A stretch of DNA of 64,000 bases. Origin: Octopus vulgaris. Its lineage: Eukaryota. Under the pieces are notes generated by a model. The model ran no database searches and was not told the origin of the DNA. It saw only the letters and a program-made list of their open reading frames with translations. The translations under genes were made by a program, and so were the position numbers. The stretch lies in contig OX597840.1 of the NCBI GenBank assembly GCA_951406725.2, forward strand, positions 14,694,001 through 14,758,000, in the 5' to 3' direction. This document shows, in pieces, positions 55,060-64,000 of the stretch; the stretch's first letter is position 1, and each line of letters begins with the position of its first letter.

Positions 55060-56906
55060 ACAAGCAAACCTAAGCCTGTGTGCCTCACTGCACATATACA
55101 CACACAAATACCTGAGCACTCATGAATACACATATATATACATACTGATATACTTACTGCATATATACATGCATAAAAACATACATAATCAATTACTGCA
55201 CACATACATACAAATGCACACACACACACACACACACACAAACATACACATGCTCTCACTATTCATTCACACACACACACACACACTCAAACATGTGCAC
55301 ACATATACACACATATTAAATCAAATAAACAAACACACAGACATGTGCTAACACAGAAGCTGTTATATAGTAAGTTGATGTGCTAGAAACAGCAGCCAAA
55401 ATACAGTCCTTCCCCACTCCCATATTCTTGAATCACATCCCAGCATCTGAGTAAAACAAAGAAAAAGAAAAAGAAAACACTAATAGTATATTTTTGGTAT
55501 TGATAGAGAATTAATGAAAATAAGATTGGTGGGTCATGGATGGAGAGTCCTTTATCATAAATGAACTTGACCAGAGCTGACTTGAGGCCAAACTAGATCC
55601 ATATATGTGCATGTATACACATACAGATACATAAATATACACACACACATATATGCACACACATATATGCACACACATATATGCACACACATATATACCC
55701 TCATATAAACATGTATATATGAAGAAAATGAGCCCAAATAATTTGTGTTTGTCTGAGTATTTGGTCAAATTAAATTACTGTCCTTCTCTAACATTTAATC
55801 TTGTTTCTTGTGTGACTTTCCCGCCACGACCTCTCCTCTAGCTCTGAACCTTGTATACCTTCCCTGGCTGCTATTTGAACCCGGAACGGTGAAGACACTG
55901 GGAGTTTACGTAGAATATTGGTGTTCTTCTCAGACTACAGAGTTGTGAGATGTTATGAGGTACCTGTGTGTGTGTGTGTGAGAGACTATTTAAGTGTGTG
56001 TGTGTGTGTGAGACTAAGTGTGTGTGACTATCTAAGTGTCTGTGTGACTATCTAAGTGTGTGTGTGTATATGTCTGTGAACGGACCAACCACGGAACTTT
56101 TTAAGTGTATTCACGACCACTACTACTACTGCTACTACAACCACAACTACTACCGCCACCGCTACCTCTATTATTAATCAATGTCATAATGATTTCTAGC
56201 ATTGGACGAGGGATGTTACAACTAAACTAATGAGACGCACGCGCATGTATCTGTATGCATGCATTGCACATGCACATACACATAGACATGTATGCATAAA
56301 GACACGCACATACACACACATGTGTGCATGCATGCAGACACACACACATTAAATTACATAATATATATATATGCGTGTATGTGTATGTATATGCATAGAC
56401 ACATGCATGTTCATATGCAATGTGTATAAATATATTACTACATGCACACATGCATGCACGTATATCTTTATGTACACATGGATGAAAATGCACGAGATAT
56501 AAACACATGCACACATCGAAAGAGCATGTATGCACATATACAAACATGCAATAAAATATAGTGACTCTCAAAAAAATATGCATTTATGTATAGATATATA
56601 TATATCATATATCATAAGCATATATAAATATATAGTCAGCCCTCAGTCAAACCGTCCAACCCATGCCAGCATGGAAAGTGGACGTTAAACAACGATGATG
56701 ATTATGATGACTACAGAAATGTATATATCATAATATACACATATATATGCCCATGTAAACACCTACACTTGTGAATAAGTATACTTATGTATGCAAAGAC
56801 CCATATAGATTGATATATATGTACACAGATATATATATATATATATGTGTGTGTGTATATTATATTATGTAATCTATGTATAAATATTGTTATTTATAAT
56901 GCTTGC

Positions 56907-57011
56907 CTGCAGTTTGGGTGGTTGCATGGAGTGGTAAAGTACCGATCGGCAACTACCTCCCCAACAGTAGTTTTTTTCATGTGCGATACCACTGCAAACT
57001 TTCCGCTGCCG
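56907..57011 (-). CDS. Candidate 105-nt exon
   Basis: Strong acceptor ttgtttctttcctttctccttcacag; GC-type donor ag|gcaagc; two open frames (GSGKFAVV... or RQRKVCSG...). Confidence 0.3.
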
Positions 57012-57586
57012 CTGTGAAGGAGAAAGGAAAGAAACAACAACAACAACAATGGAAACAAAACCGTGACCACTTCTACAGATAGAGCAGGGACGTGGCTCTT
57101 GAGCAAACACTTGCTAAACAGCACCAGCAACAACAACAACAATAACAACAACAACAGTAACAGCAACAACAACAACAACAGCAACAACAACAACAGCAAC
57201 AGCAACAACAACATGTACATCAATGACAATAACAACCACCAGAACCACTGTTACATCGTGTGCCGTCACCAATAATACCGTGAGCACTAGTGTCATAAGT
57301 AGTCTTTGAACTACTACTACTGCTGCTACTACTACTACTACTACTACGACTACTACTACTACAACTACTACAAGGAACAAGTTTTCTTACTGTTTTACAA
57401 ATCAAGCAATAAACTATTCACAAAGGATATATTTATATATATATATACACATATACATACATACACACATATATATATATATACACATACATATATATAT
57501 ATACACATATATATATATATATATATATACATATATATATACATATATATAGATAACCATTATATACATATATATATATAAATATA

Positions 57587-57633
<47 letters not shown>

Positions 57634-57699
57634 AATACATACATATATATATGTGTATATATACATATATAAATACTTATACATACATATATTCATGTC

Positions 57700-57750
57700 A
57701 TGGCTCTTGCTCAGAAGCCGAAGGGATCTTTAAGTCCTCGACGCCGAAAG
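57700..57750 (+). CDS. Candidate first coding exon [17 protein letters not shown]
   Basis: gtcATGG start context, CpG-rich 51-nt island between (TA)n tracts, consensus donor AAG|GTAAGT; no downstream exon identified. Confidence 0.4.
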
Positions 57751-57880
57751 GTAAGTCAATATAAAAATAAATATACATATATACTTATATATACTTACAT
57801 GCATATCACACGCACACATATATATATGTATACACACATGTAATATATAATATATATATATATATGTATACACACATGTA

Positions 57881-57950
<70 letters not shown>

Positions 57951-58305
57951 CACAATGAGGCTTAATTATATCAATCATCATCAGCATCATCATCATTACC
58001 ATCATCATCATCATCATTATTGATGGATTTTATATCAGGAATCATTATTTTATTTGCAAGTCTTTCCCTTTTTCATTCTTCATATTTTTTCCTTCTCTTT
58101 TCTTCTCTTCTCTACTTCCTCATTCAGTTTTTCTTCCTCATCCTCTTCTTTCTTTCTTTCTTTCTTTCCTTCCTTCCTTCCTTCCGTCTGTCTGTCTGAC
58201 AGTTTCCCCTTACTCCCTCCACCTCCACTGTTATCTCTTATCAACTTCAGTAATTCTTCATTTTTGATACCCTTCCATCTTTGCATTTCTTCTTCTCTTG
58301 CTTCT

Positions 58306-58337
<32 letters not shown>

Positions 58338-60894
58338 TTCTTCTTCTTCTTCTCTTTCTTCTTCTCTTTCTTCTTCTTCTTCTTCTTCTTCTTCTTCTCC
58401 TTCTTCTCCTTCTTCCTCTACTTCTTCTTTTCTTCCTCCCTCATTCCTCCTCAGTCTTGCCCCCACCTCACTCTTTCTTCATCCTGTCCATCTATCCTGT
58501 CCTCAATAGGTCACTGGTTGACACACAGACAACACCTACACCAAACCTTTTACCCCTGATCTATTACTCACTGTACTATGACTTAAAGCTTCAAATGTCA
58601 ATGGTTCAAGTTCAATTCCTCCTCTCTTCAGCTCCACTTTTTATATCAGTTCATTCCTTTTCATTCAGTTTTTGCAATTAACTATTTTCTGGTGACAGGC
58701 ATGGCTAGAGTGTCAATAACAATATAATTTTTCACTGTAGTAGTTTTTAGCATTTTTCTGATTGAGTATGAAAATCCATAATCAAAAGCATTCTAACCAT
58801 GACCAACACATCTGTGGTTCTTTTCTCAGTTTTTGTGTATATTTAGAATTAGATCATCATCTAATGTGGCCTTTGTTAAGATGTTAGCAGGGTGTTATTT
58901 GACGAAGATTTGGCTGCTGTTTCTAGCATGCCAACCAGCCCTATAGATGCTCCCACTTGTGTGATTTGAAGGTGATTCAGTTGCTATTTCTTGCACGTTG
59001 AATGACTACATCAATCCTCTCCCTTAATTATACTATCACTACATCATTATACCAGTTATATACTGAGGTGAATGTATACAAATATATATATACATGTATG
59101 TATGTATATATTTATGTATGCATGTATGGATGGATGTATGTATGTATGTATGCACACACAGGTACACACACATACACACACATATGCGCTTGCACACATT
59201 AGGGATCAATGTGATTTACGATATCTTTGGCCTTTTACCTGTGTTATTTATGAACCTTTATATTGTAAGTTCAATCCCTGTTGATGTCAACTTTGTCATT
59301 CACCCTTTTGGGGTTAATAAAATAAAGTAGCAGAACGTGTAGGGTTGATGTAGTCAACCCCATACCTTCCCTCAGAATGCATGACACTGTGTCTACATTA
59401 GAAGCCACTATGAGAGCAATCATTCGCAGTATAACCGGTAGAGCAGGAGGCAAAGTGTCTTGTAATATCTAGTTGCATGCCTTTATGTGGCAGGTTCAAA
59501 TCCTGCCTAGGTTGACTTAGCCTTTCATCATTCAACGGTCAATAACATTCTGTACCAGTTCTATACTGGAGTCTTTTCATTCACTATTCTCCCCCTCCCG
59601 CCAAATGTTGTGGCCCTTGGGCCACTGTACACAAATTAACTTTATAATTTTGTTGCTGCTGCTGCTGGTGCCGGTGATGTTAGTGTTGCCGGTGCTGCTG
59701 CTGCTGTTTATTTTTTGGTGGGAGAGTAAAAATCAGACAGAAAATTAAGTGCTGCTTCCCCTCCCCCCCACCACCACTAGCCCACCTCTTTTACTAAGTC
59801 CACCTCGGAGCTTTCAAGTGAAAGCGCGAGCAGCTGAGTGGTTATTTGTCCTGCAAGAAATAACAGCGAACATCTCCTTCAAATCAAACTTCTCCATCTT
59901 AAAAATAGAGACGGTGAATAATGTGATTTTTGGTTCACTGCGCAAGATGGTCATGTCAGGAAGGCCTTTGATAATAAGCCATCTCAGTCAGTACATCTGT
60001 GGTTAAACAACAACCACAACTAACACCCCACCACATGCCTAATTCTAACCCAGTGTTGTTCTTGTGATTTAGCTCATGTTATTGTTGTTGTTTAGCCCCA
60101 GGTCAGCCCTTAGAAAGAAGGCCTATGATCAAAGGCATTCCATTCATGACCATCTTATCATATTCCTATGTGCAAGGGCCATAAGACCACAAAATTTCTC
60201 TCACACGTACCACCTGCTTTTATTTTTAAAGTAGATTTTGAATGTAATTTGAGGAAGATTTGGCTGCTATATCTAACTTGTGAGATAACCATGTAGATGC
60301 TCTCTCATTAGTTTCCCAACTATGACCCTGTTATTAAAGGGGATGGAAGACAGGGTGGGAGCAGAACTTTGAGGGTGCAGCCCTTAGACCTTTCACTGTG
60401 ATTATTACAGTGAAATACTCCATGGAGTTCAAATCCTGGGTTGATAAAATAATAAATACCAGTGAAATACAGGGTAAATACCAGTAAACTATTGAGGTTG
60501 ATTCAGGTACCAGTAGACTACTGGGGTAGATTAAATCATCTACAACCCAGCCCACTAATAATTGTCTGTCTTTGTGCTTGACTTTGGTGTTGTTTAACCC
60601 AAGGTTGTCCCCGATTGAGTTGTAGGTGTATAATCAGAGGTATTCCAACCATGACTATCCTGATATATCAGAGACTCCATTACTTACAGGTGGTGAGATG
60701 GTGGTGGAATCGTTAGGGTATCAGATACAGGATACCTTGTGGATTTTTTGCTGGTTCTCAGCACTCTGAGTTCAAATCCCTCTCAGGTCAACTTTGCTTT
60801 TCCCTTTTTTGGGGGCCAATAAATAAAATGCCATTCAAATACTGAAGTTAATATTTTTTCCTTCTCTTTCTCTTTCCACCACATCTCTCCCTTT

Positions 60895-61002
<108 letters not shown>

Positions 61003-61021
61003 ATATATATTGTTGTTGTTT

Positions 61022-61318
61022 GTTCCTTCTCAAGCTATGCCTGGTGCATAAGGGCCGGCTTCCCAGTTTCATTGACATATAGGTCCCCACCTGGACGGGA
61101 CACCGGTCTGTCACATGTGAGCTGCAAGATGCAGGAGGAAAGAGTGAGAGAAAGTTGTGGTGAAAGAGTCAGCAGAAGTTCGCCATTACCTTCTGCCGGA
61201 ACCACATGGAGCTTAGGTGTTTCACTCATAAATACACACACCACCCGGTGTGAGATTCAAACCTGCAATCCCTCGACCATGAGTCTGCTACTCTAACCAC
61301 TAGGCCATGTGACTCCAC
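61022..61318 (-). mobile_element. tRNA-derived SINE (shares tail with family D)
   Basis: Head gtggagtcacatggcctagtggttagag...gcaggtttgaatc on the minus strand; tail similar to 17848-17940. Confidence 0.75.
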
Positions 61319-61337
61319 ATATATATATATGTATATA

Positions 61338-61373
<36 letters not shown>

Positions 61374-62136
61374 TGTATATGTATGTATGTATGTATATAT
61401 ATATATGTATACCAAACAATTTCAAAGACTATAGCTTGTTATACAACATAATTAGTTAAAATGACTGACATGTGTTTCTGCTACACAGATTATGTGCATT
61501 TGTGTTTGCAACCTACAATGTTCTGCTATGCACCTTCATTCAGGGTTCTTCTGCAAGCATGGTTCCAAGCAAACTGAGTTTAATTATTCATGATTAGATT
61601 ATTTTATTATTTAAGATACAAAAGGAAAGTGAAGGGAACATGTTGAAATGTGACATACTCTGATATACTTTTACTCGTTTCAGCCATTTGACTGTGGCCA
61701 TGCTGGAGCACTGCCTTTAGTCAAGCAAATCGACCTCAGGACTTATTCTTTGTAATCCTAGTACTTATTCTATCGGTCTCTTTTGCTGAACCACTAAGTT
61801 ACGGGGACGTAAACACAGCAGCATCGGTTGTCAAGCGATGTTAGGGGGGGACAAACACAGACACACAAACATACTCACACACATGTATATATATACATAT
61901 ATACAACAGGCTTCTTTCAGTTTCCATTTACCAAATCCACTCACAAGGCTTTGGTCGGCCCGAGGCTATAGTAGAAACACTTGCCCAAGGTGCCACGCAG
62001 TGGGACTGAACCCGGAACCATGTGGTTGGTAAGCAAGCTACTTACCACACAGCCACTCCTATGCCTATATGGCTATAAAATTTATTTTGTAGCTCACCTC
62101 AAGTGAACCTTTGGTCCAGGACAAAATATTGATATA

Positions 62137-63010
62137 CAGGGTGCGAGGGATATTTGAGGACTTTTTTGGTATACAATAAAACAACTATATTTCAGCCTGA
62201 ATAAATATGTATTTGGTGAAACATTTGTGCAGTTAGTCTTGATAAGGGATTTTTAATCAAATTATTCTATGAAACTGCCTTCGGCTTCAATGCAAGACCA
62301 AACTGCTGGCATACTGACACTATATGGTCCTCATTTATTTTGGACATCACTTGGACAATGGTGGCCTTCAGTGAAGCCATGGTATTATGAGGATGATGAT
62401 TAGTCTCTCTTTCAACAGTGTTCCACACGTAGTAGTCCATGGGATTCCAATCTGGGGAGTTTGGAGGCCACATGTTGTGTGTAAAGATTGTCTGACAACC
62501 ATTCTTGGGTGACTAGGACCTCATGGGAAGGTGCTGAGTTTATTGAAACATGTATGGCCTTCCATTGTATACTTCATCAATCCAGGGCTTGATAACAGTT
62601 TCCAGTACCTCAATGTATCCAGCAGCATTAATTCTAAGACCCTGTGAAAAAAAGTGGGGAGGCATCACATGACCTTTGCAACTCACAACGCCTAAAACCA
62701 TCACAGTTGCTGGAAATTTCGTGTGTATCACTCTGGGTACTTCAGAAGGATCTGCACATAAACACCTGTCATGTCATCTGTTAGACTTTTGATCCTGGTC
62801 AAAGTTTTGTTTGTCAGAGAAAAACCAAAGCATGCCTTGTTCATGAGGGTTTTTCACTTTGATAAGAAACCGTTTTGAACAGATGAAACAGTTTTCTTTT
62901 GTCTTTGCAGACACAAATTGGCTTTTCTCATTACATAAGACTTGTATGAAACGTCACGATGTACCACAGTTCTGGTAGTCCACTCTGACACCCAAAATTA
63001 TTTAGCAATG
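62137..63010 (-). mobile_element. Decayed maT-like (DD37D-type) Tc1/mariner transposon
   Basis: WFFSDKQNFDQD (~62795-62830), KFPATVMVLGVVS..G.VMPPHFF, RPYMFQ, WPPNSPDWNPMDYYVW; terminus TA-cagggtgcg at 62137. Confidence 0.9.
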
Positions 63011-63549
63011 GACCTCATTGATCTTGTGGGACTTTCATCGATAATGTTTTGAGCATGTTGTATAAATTCCGGTGTCCTTTTAGTGTCTGAGCATTGTGAA
63101 TGTTTTTTTCTCTTTGATACAGGTGAAACATTGCCATCACATGCCTCCAATTCCAACTGGACTTTGTGCTCCAGTTGCTCCAGTCCACTCGGCTCACAAA
63201 AATGAGTTGTACCTGTATTTCAAAGGGTCAGCCTTGTCACATTCCATGTCATGCTGAATCTCCATGAGAACTACATTAAGAATACACATGTCTGTGGAAT
63301 ACTCAGCCACTTGCACATTAATTTCATGAGCTGGCTGTACCATTGATCAGATCAACTGGAACCCTCATTGTTGTACCATTATATATTTACTAGGTAAAAT
63401 GCTGTCTTGCAAAAAGTACCCTTGGGAGGAAACAACAGTAAATTAGTTTTGAATTCTTCCACAAAAGTTGCCTACCCTAGTGTTTGCCATGAACATCACC
63501 AGAGTTTCAGGGATCATCCATTGATCAGATGGTGCGAAGAAAGAAGAAA

Positions 63550-63772
63550 GGCAATAAGCTGGCAGAAACGTTAGCACAACGGGCGAAATGCTTAGCGATA
63601 TTTCGTCTGCGGTTACGTTCTGAGTTCAAATTCCGCCGAGGTCAACTTTGCCTTTCATTCTTTCGGGGTTGATAAATTAAGTACTAGTTATGCACTGGGA
63701 TCGATATAATTAACTTAATCTCTTTGTCTGTCCTCTCTCTGTTTAGCCCCTTGTGGGCAATAAAGAAATAAG
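63550..63772 (+). mobile_element. Family B SINE
   Basis: Complete head and core; flanked by aagaagaaag direct repeats. Confidence 0.88.
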
Positions 63773-64000
63773 GAAGAAGAAAGACATTAATCCCTATGCC
63801 TTCCCCCCAACTATTTTGTCGCTTGAAGGAGAAGTGCCCATAGCCTTCATAAGTTCTCTGAGAATTGCGATGTTGGTGTCATTAAAAGTCCATTTAAATT
63901 GTTGAAGGTCAACACATGTAGGAAGTAGGTTTCAGTGAGATGATGTTGTAAGGGGGAAGGACTGGCTATAATGATGAAAATAGATCCATGGAAGTTGGAC

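Noticed and set aside
58566-58640. Minus-strand exon ending at a GTGAGT donor
   Set aside because: In-frame stop just upstream and no acceptor

Overview
AT-rich, repeat-dominated eukaryotic genomic DNA with no confidently identifiable host gene. The tRNA-derived SINE families, RTE-type tails and very long (TA)n/(TTA)n/(CA)n tracts suggest an octopus-type (coleoid cephalopod) genome; this is inferred from repeat content only. Most ORFs in the track are microsatellite artefacts. Recognisable coding remnants are all from mobile elements: an R4/Dong-type RLE LINE, RTE LINEs, mariner and maT-like DD(D) transposases, a Helitron carrying a LINE-ORF1-like fragment, and a Neptune-type Penelope-like element (PLE). 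The most notable signal is PLE-related. (i) TA-anchored fold-back palindromes carry type I hammerhead ribozyme motifs: a 191-bp-arm hairpin at 12.7-13.1 kb has one intact and one G5A-mutated hammerhead, and a U4C variant lies at 45.0 kb. (ii) A PLE GIY-YIG endonuclease remnant has about 190 codons of internally duplicated Thr/Ser/Asp-rich sequence between its two motif halves. A few weak candidate exons lie at 18.1-18.6 kb and 53.5-57.8 kb.
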